Both the position numbers and the translations under genes were made by a program. The notes under the pieces were generated by a model. That model saw only the letters and a list, made by a program, of their open reading frames with translations. It was not told the DNA's origin and searched no databases. Below are positions 9,931 to 36,358 of a stretch of 64,000 bases of DNA, piece by piece. The DNA is from Hormiphora californensis (taxonomy: Eukaryota > Animalia > Ctenophora): NCBI GenBank assembly GCA_020137815.1, contig CM035352.1, positions 6,696,001 through 6,760,000 of the forward strand, given 5' to 3'. Within the stretch, counting starts at the first letter, position 1. Each line of letters opens with the position of its first letter.

Positions 9931-11017
9931 GTTTCTGTTTTTCTTCTGGATGGGGAGCTCTCTTTGATGTGGTGCGCTCTGGGAGTGGTGTCTTTTGGAG
10001 GTGGTACGCTCTTGGATGTGGTGCGCTCTTGAACTTTATTATGGTTCCTTCTTGATTGTGCATGACTTGAACATTTCCGAGTTGGAATGCGCTGCAGCCC
10101 CCTCATATATATAAGGGGCCTGCAACGTATGCCAAATTTCCGAGGGGCCTCATATTTTCAAAACCCCCGTCTTTCTTTTTTTTTAGTTTTCGGGAACTTT
10201 TGTCTTTTCGTTCCTCAGAATCAGCACTCGCGGATTTCAGAGTTAGGGTGTAAGTTATGTTAAGGTTAGAGGTGGTGTGCGGGTTGGGGCTTGAGATAAA
10301 CTTCGAATTTCGATAGATAAACTTTGAATTAGCCAAATTGGTTCAGTGGTTTTCTGTTTCAGTGCAGGCCGCTGGTTACTTTTTGGGAGTGTGCACCTGT
10401 AAACAGACATTAAAACACCCAGAGATGTCTACAGCCAAGCATTATCTCGTTCTGAAAGGGACCTGTGAATACGCCAACTGATTACTTACATATTTACAGT
10501 TTACTCCCCGCCGTCTTCCGAGTTCCCACAGTCTTTACATTTTACACAGTTGTTCACCCAGAGATGTATTTCAGGGTGGGACAGGGAGTGTCCTTGCCAT
10601 GCACTAGTAGAAGACACTTTCATTGTACGCTTGTGTCTCCTACTGTGTCCCCCGTGCACCTTTTATCGACTACATGGGACTGCCAAAGTGCGTTCTGACT
10701 TCTGGTCACCGCCTTTGTTCGCCGGACAATTCAAATAACATCACCAGGGCCGGGTGTCAGGAGAGTGAAACTTCTCCGGTACATGATTATGGGAAACACC
10801 GAATAGCCTTCACTTGCGTTTTGTAATATTTCCCACGGACATAATCCGCCCCCTGATAAGGTACTCCAAATTTAGAACTTCTAGAAGGTACTCGACATGA
10901 TATTCCTAAACTTCAATTTGAAATCTCTATTCTAACTGTCATTCTGTTTTAGCTTATGTTATGTAGTGACTTGTGTTTACAGCCCAGTTATGGAAACTAT
11001 TGAACGATCTTTAACGA

Positions 11018-23941
<12,924 letters not shown>

Positions 23942-24607
23942 GGACCATGTGACACCACACTATATTTTGTTAAAATGCAAGCTGATCCACACTGATGCGA
24001 CAACGGACATTTTTTAACTCCATATTCCTGGAAGGTTTTTTGTTTTTAAAAAGAAGGGACACTGAATATTATTATTATTAATTTTGGAAGGGACAATTCA
24101 AATGGCAGGGTTCAGCAATTATCTGTATCCAGTTTTACAGATTATGGAAACATATTCTTCGTGAAGCTCCATGTGGCAAATATTCACCTGGCCTCGCTTT
24201 TCACTATAGGGCCAGGAATGGACTATGTGGACGAGATGTTTGTGGGTGTTCGTTAAACATTGTTCGTTTAAAATTGCTTAATTGTTCATTAAACTTAAAT
24301 GAAACCAGGTGTTATTTTCTTTGCTCTGATATGAGCTGACAATCCCCCTTCCTGTGTCCGCGTAACCTTACCTGTCAATTTCATTTGCGCGTACCACAAG
24401 CGCGCGCCCTATTTATATTATATTTCTAAAATTCAAAATAAAAACTTGCGTGGAAAAAAATTTAGAAGAAAATTTAAAAGTTCCCCGTTTGACGGTTTAA
24501 GTCTTAATTCCTCTGTTTTGGTAACCTTATCCATCAATCCTTCTCCATAAATATTAAATAACTTAGTTAACCTTTTAGCCATTGTTGAATGAATCGGTGG
24601 CCAAAAT

Positions 24608-25471
24608 ATGAGTGAATCAGGTGATTCAGAGTACGAGATTGCCCCGGAAGAATTTGAGGAGGCCGATAACTTTGTTGATTTTCCCGAAACCACATCAAAT
24701 GACAACTCAACATTAACTTCAGTACCCACGGATACCCAAAAATTAACCGGGACTGAAACCAATGATCTCAAAGACGAATCTACATCGTCAGCTTCTGACG
24801 AGGTTGTCAGTGAGAAAATAGACCGATTGATCAGCGATGGATTAGGGCAGGAACCTGAAACAGAAAATGCTGTTGATGCCACACCCGTAGGAGAGGTTCC
24901 GGACCTTCCTTCCTACACCGATGAAGAGCTGGAAGAGATCAAATCACAGGTGATATCTCTCAAAGATCTAGGTAATAGCCTCTACAGATCAGGCCACAGC
25001 TATGGAGCCATGGCCGAGTACACGAAGGCGCTGGAGTTGTGTCGAAAGCAGTTAGATGAAACAAGATCTGTCCTATATGCTAATCGTGCAGCGTGTCACG
25101 TATCATGCTCTGAGTTCAAAGAGGCCGAGGAGGATTGTGATACTGCTATTAAACTCAATTCTAAATACCTCAAAGCCCTGCTGAGGAGAGGTCAGGTGCG
25201 GGAAAAGTTGGAGAAATTGGCTCCTGCTCTTGAGGATTATAAGAGCGTTCTCGAGTTGGATCCACGAAATGGTTCTGCTCTCGAGGCAGCACGACGGCTT
25301 CCACGGGAAATCGAGGTCCAACAAGAGAAAATGAAAGAGGAGTGTGTTGAGAAACTGAAAGATTTGGGGAATCTTGTTCTGAAGCCTTTTGGACTGAGTA
25401 CGGATAATTTTAAAATGGTTCAAAATCCTGAAACGGGCGGGTATAACATCCAGTTTGACCAAAACCGCTGA
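24608..25471 (+). CDS. TTC1: Tetratricopeptide repeat protein 1, intronless
   Basis: Acidic N-terminus, three TPRs (LKDLGNSLY, VLYANRAAC, YLKALLRRG), C-terminal KLKDLGNLVLKPFGLSTDNFKMVQNPETGGYNIQF. Confidence 0.92.
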   Translation: MSESGDSEYEIAPEEFEEADNFVDFPETTSNDNSTLTSVPTDTQKLTGTETNDLKDESTSSASDEVVSEKIDRLISDGLGQEPETENAVDATPVGEVPDLPSYTDEELEEIKSQVISLKDLGNSLYRSGHSYGAMAEYTKALELCRKQLDETRSVLYANRAACHVSCSEFKEAEEDCDTAIKLNSKYLKALLRRGQVREKLEKLAPALEDYKSVLELDPRNGSALEAARRLPREIEVQQEKMKEECVEKLKDLGNLVLKPFGLSTDNFKMVQNPETGGYNIQFDQNR

Positions 25472-25660
25472 GAGAGGGAGAGTAAAGATTGAGTATGTGT
25501 TTCGTGTTCAGAAATTCTATTTTGATTCTTCTAACTAAAATTATGTGAAAGTTCTTTAGCCAACTGATTGTTTTCATGTCGTGTTTTTTAACAACTTCCC
25601 CCCATTTTGACCCGAATCTCTAACCCCACTTTTCAAGTTAGTAAGTTCAGATCACGCACA

Positions 25661-27495
25661 ATGGCTACTGTCAGCGCAGAATCCTTCAAATCAGACAAAT
25701 GCACCAAGAAGGAGGCCATTCAGTTTCTCCAGGATAACGCTGCTGTAAAGTTCCTTCAAGAACAGAAACTATTTGGAAAGTTGCAGGCCATCGCAAAGGG
25801 GTCCTCTAAAGACAAGGTCCTGACCGCTCTCGAGAAATTCGAGGCTGATCCTGATGCGAGGAAGGGAGATGGTGATGATGATCTTGATGCGGCATTAGAG
25901 GCAACAAAGGCTCTGAAAATCAAGGAGGCTGAGGATAAGAAAGAGGCTAAAGAGGCCGCCAAGGTAAAATACATTACTGGTCCATTTTTTAGACATATTT
26001 TTTATTTCACTGCATATGAAGTTTTCAAATTATCCTAAATATCCCCCCCCCCCTATTTTAGGAAGAAGCCCTTGCCAATGCTGAAAAGTGTGGTTTTACT
26101 AAGAAGGTGATCACCAAAGGAAAGACCCACATGAAGCCTGAGAAAGGATCCGTTGTTGCCGTGTGGTATACTGGTAAACTTGAGGATGGCACAGTGTTTG
26201 ATAGTAACGTTGAAAACGCAAGGAAGAAGGACAGGAAGGCCCTCAAATTCAAAGTTGGAACTGGTAGGTTTTTCTGTTTAGTACAAGTTTAGTTCTATGG
26301 AAACCATTTCTAAATTGAATCTAACGATAATATATGTCTCAACTCTAGGAACCGGCGATAATATCGAATCGAATCGAAAGATCGAGAGATCGGATCGAAT
26401 CGAATCGAATCGAGTAGTTTTTTGAGCCCAAAGATCGAATCGAGATCGAATCGAGATTTTTTGACCGCCCAAAGATCGAATCGAGATCGAATCGAGATTT
26501 TTTGAACCCTCAAAGATCGAATCGAGATCGAATCGAAATTTTTTGAACGCTCAAAGATCGAATCGAGATCGAATCGAAAGTTTTTGAACCCCAAAAGATC
26601 GAATCGAAAGTTTTTTATCCCCCAAATATCGAATCGAGATCGAATCGATATTTTTTGAACCCCGAAAAATCGAATCGAGATCGAATCGATATTTTTTGAT
26701 CCCCCAAAGATCGAATCGAGATCGAATCGAAAAAATTTGATCGGTCACCCAAAGATCGAATCGGGATCGAGAAGAAAATATCAAGAATCTTTGGTTCCTA
26801 GCCAGAAAAAACCGGTGATATTATAGGATCGAATCGAAGGATCGAGATCGAATCGAAAGTTTTTGATCGCACAAAGATCGAATCGAGATCGAATCGATTT
26901 TTTTTGATCCCCCAAAGATCGAATCGAGATCGAATCGAAATTTTTTGAAAACCGAAAGATCGAATCGAGATCGAATCGAGATTTTTTGAAAACCGAAAGA
27001 TCGAATCGAGATCGAATCGAGTTTTTTTGAAAACCGAAAGATCGAATCGAGATCGAATCGAAAGTTTTTGAACCCTCAAAGATCGAATCGAGATCGAATC
27101 GAAATTTTTTGGACGCTCAAAGATCGAATCGAGATCGAATCGAAAGTTTTTGAACCCCAAAAGATCGAATCGAAAAATTTTGGTCGTCCAAAAAAAGATC
27201 GAGATCGAATCGAGAAAAAAAATATCCGGTATCGCCGGTTCCTACTCAACTCTCAACCTCTTCTGACTCCTTCTCTCTCCCCCTCTCTGTTGTAAAGTGT
27301 AACCCTCCTTCAGGTCTGGTAATCCGAGGCTGGGATGAAGCCCTCCTGACCATGTGTTACGGAGAGAAAGCTGAGATCAACATTGATCCTGACTGGGCCT
27401 ATGGCAAGAAGGGCATGCCAAGCGCTGGCATCCAGCCAAACACGCGACTGATATTCGAGGTTGAGCTGGAGTGCCCCGTGAATATCGGAGTATAG
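25661..27495 (+). CDS. FKBP3: FKBP-type peptidyl-prolyl isomerase FKBP25; exons 25661-25963, 26062-26263, 27314-27495
   Basis: N-terminal KKEAIQFLQDNA helical domain; VWYTGKLEDGTVFDSN..KK..KALKFKVGTG|LVIRGWDEALLTM..GEKAEINIDPDWAYGKKGMP. Confidence 0.9.
26346..27244. mobile_element. hAT-type MITE filled with GATCGAATCGA repeats
   Basis: TIR taggaaccggcgata/tatcgccggttccta; 8-bp TSD ctcaactc; in FKBP3 intron 2. Confidence 0.85.
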
Positions 27496-28034
27496 TTGGT
27501 TACCATCCGGTTACCATGGTTATCGTCATGGTTATCATTCTCTGAGAGAACGATCTGGTGTGTCTGAATGTGATCGCCTTTTAACAAACATTGTTCGTTG
27601 TACTATTTGTAGTAGGTGTGTGTCTGTTTTTACTATTCAAAATGGTATCTATTTTGCTCTTAATTTTATTACATCAGGACGAAATTCTTTGAGCTATTCA
27701 CTGACTTTTTCTCTCTGTTTATATCCCGCATGGCGCTATCCCTGTTTTTACCCCCGCATGCTGAATAACACACACACAAATACACTGCACCACATATACC
27801 GGTATGACATCCAAACTGCAAAAATACTGAAAATGTACTTGTCTGCACCACGGCAAACACATCTTAGGTTTTTATTACAACCCTCTCACTTTTCTTCCTC
27901 TTCCAATACTCGATTTCTGACCAATCCTGCTCTTTTCATTCCCAATTACTGTATCCTAACGCCCAATCCTTGCGCTATGCTCTATCCTAACTTTCTTTCT
28001 TTATCTTAGTTCTCGCCTATCTCTTTTTTCTCCT

Positions 28035-28112
<78 letters not shown>

Positions 28113-28586
28113 CCTCTCTCTCTCTCCCCACCCTCGCATTATATATTCGCATGTTTCCGGCCCAGCTCTAATCCCTGCCTATCCATATTTTGTTTTGTTG
28201 CACTATGTCTACGCCACCACCTACCGACCCTCCACACACCTCTGGAAGACCACTGAGTCCTCCAAACACCTCTGGAAGACCCCGACCCTTGAGTCCTCCT
28301 TTGCGGTTGGTGGCCATACCCTCCCCAACACAAGTGTACGTATCACAGCACGAGTTAGAACATAGCACGGGTAAGCGACCCTCTCTCACTGTCAAAGAAG
28401 CACGAATGAACTTTTTTCACCCACTCTGTAAAACAGTTCCATTCTAAGCTCATGCATGGAGTTCCTTTTACTCATCTTTTTATCTGAAACGGCTGACTCA
28501 ATTCTTAGGGCATCTGAAAACTCTCCCCCTAACTGCCCCTACATTTTGTCCTCTACTAAACCCCCTTCATTACCAGGCTATGCAAA

Positions 28587-30966
28587 ATGCGTGGGTTGCT
28601 AGATGATGCGTTTAATGAACCCCTAATTGAGGACGCTAATGACGCTGCTAATGACCTCTACGCTCTGACTGACAGCTACGCCAACGGGGCAGCAGACCGG
28701 GGCGAGGATGGGGAGGAGGAGGTGGTGAATGATATCCCTGCTGATGGAGTGGGTACTGCTTACAACGACTTCCAAACCGTGGACTGGCTCCGGGACCAAG
28801 CACTGGACAGGGAGCGACACAAAGCGACCCTTCAACGGGGCATGTGGTACAGGTGCTATGATGCACTAACCGGCTGGATGGTTGTATTTATCATTGGGAC
28901 CATATCTGGCCTCCTGGCTGGGGTGGTAGAGATAGGGGCCAAGTGGTTGATTGATCTGCGGGAGGGGTACTGTAGGGATGGTTGGTTTCTGGATAAAGAG
29001 GCGTGTTGTTGGAGTAACTCCACTATCATCTCACAGGATTACTGTTCTAATTGGGCACGGTGGTCGGATTTAGTAACACCCGGCACTCCTATCTTCATTA
29101 GTTACTCAATTAACCTCTTCTTTTATATTTTAATTGGAACCTCATTCGCCCTCCTCGCAGTCGTGTTTGTCATGGTCCTGGCTCCTTATGCAAGTGGTTC
29201 AGGGAATTCCCGAGGTTAAAACCATTCTGAGCGGGTTTATCATCCGGGGCTACCTTGGTCTCTCAACTCTAATTACAAAGTGCGCTGGACTAGTCCTGGC
29301 CGTGGCCTCAGGCCTCAGTCTGGGGAAGGAAGGCCCCATGGTCCATGTGGCGTGTTGTGTGGGCAATGTCTTCCTCCGGCTGTTCCCTAAATTTTCCCAG
29401 AACGAGGCAAGGAAAAGGGAAGTTCTCTCCGCTGCAGCTGCTGCTGGTGTCTCGGTTGCGTTCGGTGCACCACTTGGTGGGGTCCTGTTCTCCCTCGAGG
29501 AAGTGTCCTATTACTTCCCCCACAAGACCCTCTGGAGGTCCTTCTTCTGTGCGATGGTGGCCAGTGTCGTCCTACAATCATTCAACCCCTATAGCACGGG
29601 ACAATCTGCACTGTTCTATATTGAATACGATTTCAGCTGGCATTTCTTCGAACTGATCCCCTTTGCTCTGCTTGGTGCTATTGGTGGTGTGCTAGGTGCT
29701 GCTTTTATCAAGTGTAATATATGGTGGTGTATGAAGAGGAAAACAACCAGGCTCGGTCACCACCCCATGATTGAAGTAGCGGTCGTAGCCGGGCTCACTG
29801 CTCTTGTCAGTTACATTAACCCATACACCCGGAAATCAACGTCTAGTTTGATAAAGGAGCTGTTCTCAGTGTGCGAGTGGGAGGATAACAGTGATTTGTG
29901 TGACTTTAATACAACAGAGAAATATTCAACAAACAATGGGACTGCTCAGGCGAGTAATATAGCATGGGGACAACCCAGTTCTCGGCTTATCACCGCCATC
30001 TGGCAGATTTTAATGGCAGCCACCTTTAAATCCATTGTTACAGTGTTCACGTTCGGGCTCAAAGTTCCTGCAGGGTTGTTTATCCCGAGTTTAGCAGTTG
30101 GAGGTTGTATTGGTCGGGTGTTGGGTGAACTAGTCCAATATCTCACCTACATAAACCGGGATTATCTCTCCAAGACATGCCCGGACATGTCAGTGTGCAC
30201 CCTAACTGGTCTGTACGCGATGGTGGGTGCCGCGGCTGTGCTGAGCGGTGTTACCCGCATGACAGTCTCCCTCGTGGTTATCATGTTTGAGTTAACTGGC
30301 GGGATAACCTACATAGTACCAATCATGGTATCTGTTATGGTGGCAAAATGGGTGGGTGATTTCATAACACCAGGTGGGATTTACGACACGCACATCTCAA
30401 TAAACGGGTACCCGTACCTAGACGGAAAGGAGCGGTTCATGCATACAACTATCTGTGAGGAGGTGTGTGGGGCAAAGAAGCAGATTACGAAGATAGATGC
30501 AAGTTCGGTGACCGTTCATGATCTTCAGATTCTACTCGAAACTACAACTTTCCATGGTTTCCCAATTGTTGCGGATGAGCAGTTGAATATAGTAGTGGGG
30601 TACATCTCCCGTAATGATCTAACTCACGGACTCAGGTGTGCTCGGGATAGACACATTGACCTTGTAAACGCAAGTCGGGTCTTCCTGGATGGAAACGTCT
30701 TTCAAAGAAGTGTCAGCACGAGTGGTGGGCCCATATCAGTGTCTTTGGTCAAGTTTGTTAATCTAGATCCGATCTGTGTGGAGCCCAAGACCCCGCTAGC
30801 CCATGCCATTGATATGTTTACAAAGTTGGGTCTGAGCCAAGTGTTGGTGACGCACCGGGGCAAGCTGAGGGGTGTTATAACAAGGAAAGATATACTGAGG
30901 TTTATTGATAGTATCCACTCGGAACAGAAACGGGAACAGGGATTCTCGTTCAGGGTGTTTACCTGA
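28587..30966 (+). CDS. CLC-3/4/5-type H+/Cl- exchange transporter with one apparent frameshift at ~29203
   Basis: YNDFQTVDWLRD, APYASGSG/IPEVKTILSGF (split by one extra G), GKEGP, LFSLEEV, GLFIP, two CBS domains. A possible upstream exon lies at ~28205-28370. Confidence 0.9.
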
Positions 30967-31420
30967 TACAAATATGATGATTTTGTTCTTAGAAACCCTG
31001 ATATGTGATCTGTTTTAACTGAGAGAGTAGTCGTGTGTGAGTGTGTTCAACATAGCGATGAGATTGTGTGATGTGTGTGAACAAGTGACGTTTGTATGTA
31101 GTTCAGTTTTGGTTTAAGCTGTATTATATTCAGATTTCAGTAGTTAATTCTGGTTTACTAAGCTGTATATTTTTGAGAGAGAGCTGAAGTTTTGTTTTGA
31201 TATTTTGCCGCTGTTAGTGACAGTGTCCGACCCTAATCTATCATGCTAACTGTTAGCATAACAACATGGGATAATGTTACACATGTGTTATCAAGTATTT
31301 TGTACTACTACTAATATATTGAGAATATTTGATTTCTGATTCATCTTTCTGCCAACCTATGTATTTCCCTGTCTCAATCCCCCTCTAAATAACTTTGCGA
31401 CGAATTGTAGCGGGGTAACC

Positions 31421-33502
31421 ATGGCAACTTCACTGGGAGCAAACACATACAACCGGCAGAACTGGGAGACAAGTGATTTCCCTATCTTGTGTCAGACGTG
31501 CCTCGGTGATAATCCCTATATGAGAATGATAAGGGAGACTTATGGGAAGGAGTGCACGATATGTAGTCGACCATTCACTGTTTTCAGGTAGGAAGGATAG
31601 AGCCTCTATCATATAGAGGGACAGAGACAGGGTGGATAGAGGAAGACAGAGACAGAGACACTAGACAGAAACAGAAACAGTATTAAGTCACTTGGCCCAA
31701 GCCCAAAGTGTGTCTAACATTACCTCCATCTCCAGATGGTGTCCCGGTGCTAAGATGCGCTACAAAAAGACCGAAGTTTGCCAGACGTGTGCTAAGACTA
31801 AGAACGTTTGTCAAACTTGTATACTGGATTTGGAATACGGCCTACCTGTCCAGGTATTTAACCACTCCTAACCACTCTTTTAACGACTCTTAACCACTCT
31901 ACTGAGTATTCCTCCCTGTGTTGTGGGGTGCAGTGTTCACACAGTGTTTCACAGGAGACACAGTCTGAACATGTCAATAACGATTCTGTCTTTTTGAGAT
32001 GTCTCTAACATGGTATCCACTAATCCACAGTATTGACCAATGTTAACCAATGTTAACTAATGTTGACCAGTGTACTAAAAACTCTCTCCCCAGGTTAGAG
32101 ACCAAGCGCTAAAGCTCCAGGATAACATACCAAGGTCAGATGTAAACAGGGAATATTGGCAGCAAAACAATGAAGTTGCGATAAACAAGGCTGGGGGAGC
32201 AGGTATGAAAACACCATATTGTATAACAGTGTGTTATACTCAAATCACGCTGTATTGATACACGCAGTTTGGGTTTGGTTCGATGTCCCACCCTTCGGCA
32301 CACATTTTGGTGAAACATAACAGTAGCGCGCGGTAAGGGTTTTGCACACAAAGGATCTTGGTTTTGGCGCGCACCCACCTGCGCTCTGAATAACGTGATG
32401 ATATCGGGTCTATCAATGCAGCAGGATGATTCGACTGCTCCCCTCTAAAACCAATTAATTGCCCAATTAACATGCTGTTCAAATCAGGTGGATCAGGTGG
32501 CAAGGCGCCAAATGAGATGCTAATGAAGCTAGCTCGGACAACACCGTACTACAAACGTAACAGACCACACGTCTGTTCGTTTTGGGTTAAGGGGGAGTGT
32601 AAGAGGGGGGAGGAGTGCCCCTACCGTCACGACATGCCAACAGATCCTACTGACCCACTTGCTAACCAGGTTAGTACAACCGCCATATTTCTAGTTCAGA
32701 TGGTTTATATTGCAGTGGTGTAGGTAATAAACCATCTGAACAGCCCATCGTTACTCCCTCTAACTCCCCCTCGTACCCCATCTTTACTCCCTCTACCTCC
32801 CCCAGAACATAAAATACCGTTACTAACTCCCTTTCTCTCTCTTCCCAGAACATAAAATACCGTTACTAACTCCCTTTCTCTCTCCCCCAGAACATTAAAG
32901 ACCGTTACTACGGTGTAGATGACCCGGTTGCTGAGAAGCTCCTAAAACGAGCTGCCGACATGCCCAAATTAACCCCACCTACGGACAAGTCCATTACAAC
33001 CCTCTACGTGGGCGGTCTGGATGGAAATATAACTGAGAAAGATCTCCGTGATAGTTTCTATCAGTTTGGCGAGATCCGGCATGTTCATTTGGTCTCCAAA
33101 AGTGGGTGTGCCTTTGTTAACTTTGCAATGAGGGACTCTGCAGAACGGGCTGTCCAGGGAGCATTCAACAAGCTGATTGTTAAGGGAAGAAGGTTGAAGA
33201 TTCTGTGGGGTAAGGGTCAGGGTGCACCCCAGACTCGGGGTGCGGCTCAGGAAGAACCGAAACCATTACCGCCCGTTCCCGGTCTCCCGCCCGCCCTGCC
33301 CCAACCTCCCACCGAGTTGTTATCTCATGATTTCTTTGGACTTGGAGGGGATGTACCTGCTCCAGGGACTGTTCCTGGACTGGTCGGACTACCCCCTCTT
33401 CCTGGACCCGCTGGGCTGATTCCGGGTAGTCACGTGATTCACTACCCATCTCAGGATCCACAGAGAATGGGGACTAACAAGAGTCGTGGTGCGGATCAGT
33501 AG
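31421..33502 (+). CDS. RBM22: Pre-mRNA splicing factor RBM22 (Cwc2/Slt11), multi-exon
   Basis: [33 protein letters not shown]; [26 protein letters not shown]; [34 protein letters not shown]; [11 protein letters not shown]. Confidence 0.95.
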
Positions 33503-33751
33503 GAGATAGAGAAGAGAGAGAAGAGAGTGAAGAGATAGAGATGAAATATAATTCGAGTTATGTATAAGGGTTGATAAGAGTGATGGAGGAGAGAATTATA
33601 ACATATTAGGGTTGCCCCCGGGTTTTCACAGAAACAATTTAAATGGAACATTAAGGAATCTGACCAGCTGTGTTCGTCTACATGTGTGTTTGTGTATCAA
33701 TATAATATTTTATCCCAGTTTACCACCCCAATAGTCCCGTTTATTATATAC

Positions 33752-34394
33752 GGGGGGGGGGGGGGGGGGGGGGGGGGTCCAGCCCTAAAAAAAGCTAAAG
33801 GTACCCTAATTTTGGTCGATAGCGTTTTTTATTTTAGCTTTTTTTAGCTTTTTTTAGCTTTTTTTAGCTTTTTTTAGCCCTACTTTTTATGTTTTTTCAG
33901 CATTCATCTTGACACTTTTCCATTAAATTTTCATCCTTCCGGACGTCTATTGACTGCATTTGTTCATTTCCTGCACATTTTTTACCATAATCTACCGTTT
34001 ATGTCCATACATAGCAATTTCTGTATCCACCCCTACTGCCATTTTCTGGAGACATTTTTTCGATAAAAATATTATTCAAATTTGATAAAAATAGTTTTAA
34101 AAAAGTTCAAAAAACGTTATAAAACGTTATAATAAAAGTTTAAAAAATTTGGCGTCAGCGGGATTCGAACCTATATGAATCCACTAAAAACTCAATTTTA
34201 GCTTTTTTTAGCTTTTTTTAGCTTTTTTAGCCTTAAAAAAGCTAAAAAAAGCTAATAAAAGCTAAAAAAAGCTAAAAAAAGCTAAAAAAGGCTAAAAAAA
34301 GCTAAAAAAAGCTAAAAAAAAAGCTAAAAAAAGCTAAAGGTACCCTGATTTTGGCCGTTAGCTTAGCTTTTTTTAGGGCTGGACCCCCCCCCCC
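33752..34394. mobile_element. Non-autonomous DNA element with poly-G/poly-C termini and 6-bp TSD
   Basis: G(n)tccagccctaaaaaaagctaa ... ttagctttttttagggctggaC(n); atatac at 33746-33751 and 34395-34400; subterminal (AAAAAAGCT)n arrays. Confidence 0.7.
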
Positions 34395-34537
34395 ATATAC
34401 CCTTAGTTTTAACACCCCATAATACCTTCAATCACTATCACCATAACAACCATGTCCTAATCTCTCCCTCTTCTCACTATAGCTTCTTCAACCACTATCC
34501 CAATAACAATTCTAACCTCTCCCTCACTATAGCGTCC

Positions 34538-35892
34538 ATGGCACACCGGTTTGCTAACAGTAGGTCAGCCCAACTGTTAACAACATCCCGACAATGGGTC
34601 CTAGTGGATGCCACGGGGCAGGATTTAGAAGGAATAACGAGGACTGTGTGCAAGCTTCTGGAGGGTAGACACAAACCAATCTACAGCAAGACAATGGTTA
34701 GTAGAGTGGGAGTGGAGAGAGAGAGGGGAGGGCAGACACAAACCTATTTAAAACAAGACAATGGTTCGTAGAGTGGGTTGGGTAGAGGGGGAGTGGGTGG
34801 GGCAGACACAGACCAATCTACAGCAAGACAATGGTTCGTAGAGTGGGAGTGGTCAGTGGAGAGAGAGAGAGGGGAGGGCAGGGGGAGTGGGGAGGGCAAG
34901 GAGTGGGAGGGGGAAATTTTTATAATAGGTTTGGGGAAATGATTTTACGATTTTCTGGGTTCTTGTCACTAGAACACTACCAATAATCCCCATCTTCCGT
35001 TGCAGGATTTGGGCGATAATTTGGTTGTTATCAACACAAGGAAAATGGTGATTCCTGAAAAGAAGGTGATGGAGAGTTTGTTACTTTTACTAGAGTGAGA
35101 AAGAGGGAGAGTATGTTACTTTTACTAGAGTGAGAGAGAGATAGAGAGTGGGAGAGAATGTTTCCCTTGTATGACTACCCGTCCCCACTGTCAGTCCAAT
35201 GATCTAACAGCCCCTCCGTCCCCAGGTGTACTGGTGGTATTCCGGGTATGCAAGTGGGCACAGGCACGTGTATGCGAAAGATTTCCATCTCTTTAGACCT
35301 ACAGAGTGTCTTCGACTTCAGGTGGGTTGAATTTGTTTAACGTTACCGTGGATCTGATTTATTACTCCAAAATATAGTTGTACGTGTATGTTTAGTTAGG
35401 CATCTTTTCTGAATAACACCTGCACTATAATATACCTGCAGGTTGAGTTCAAGTTAGACAAGATCTTTCCTCACTACGTTAAAGACAGGATGTCCCGGTT
35501 ATACCTCTACCCGGACGAGGATTATCCTTATGCAGCAAACATTTCAAAGGTAACAGCGGCTCCTTTCTGAACAGGTTATGAAGATTCTTTGGAACTTTTT
35601 GGGCAGTTTTAGGAAGAAAGATAGTGAGTTCCCCGCCCCCTCTTAATCTACCTACCTAACTTTCACAGTATGGCGAGTGAGCCACCCAACCCTCCCCCTG
35701 ATTTCTTGAGAAATGGATATTCAAAAATTTGTTTTTGGATTCGGGTCACTTTTTGTAGGTCTCATTTGCTAGAAAAACTATTGCCTATTGCAATGGTTCA
35801 TCCATACCAAATCAAACATTGATCGACTGCCTTACCTTTTCAATCTACCTAGCAATACTAAACGAGACTATATAATGCACCTTGTCTATTTG

Positions 35893-35943
<51 letters not shown>

Positions 35944-36113
35944 TCTCTCTCTCTCTCTCTCCCTCTCTCTCTATCCAGGTGATTGAGGGTCCAAACAACG
36001 TCTACCGATCTCTGTCTGACTACACGGAGAATGACATCGCTAACTTTGTAGAGGCACCTGATTGTAGGGTACGTGAACCTCAACCACTCTACGAATGGGA
36101 TGACCTGGACTGA
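34538..36113 (+). CDS. MRPL13: Mitochondrial ribosomal protein uL13m, five exons
   Basis: RQWVLVDATGQ...LLEGRHKPIY|DLGDNLVVINTRK|YWWYSGYASG|RMSRLYLYPDED...ANISK|...LSDYTENDIANF. Confidence 0.85.
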
Positions 36114-36358
36114 TCTATACTTTACATCCTTCTGTCAGGGCATTGGCCTGACAGTTACATTCTTGGGATGTTATTTTTAACTTATTGAAGTACTGATACT
36201 GAGGATGCTAATGTTAACTTATTAAAGTTTGTTACTTTTTGTAATGTTAGTGTTTTGATAACCCTTCTTTAATTTCCTCTATATTTCAGCCCCATACCCC
36301 TCCTAGCTAAATTGGGCTTGCTCAATGTGTGACTCTCATTGACTCTCTATTTCTAGCA

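Noticed and set aside
26360-27230. Regularly spaced repeats with short variable spacers, CRISPR-like at a glance
   Set aside because: Eukaryotic intron; spacers are short and mutually similar, bounded by TIRs and an 8-bp TSD; no cas genes
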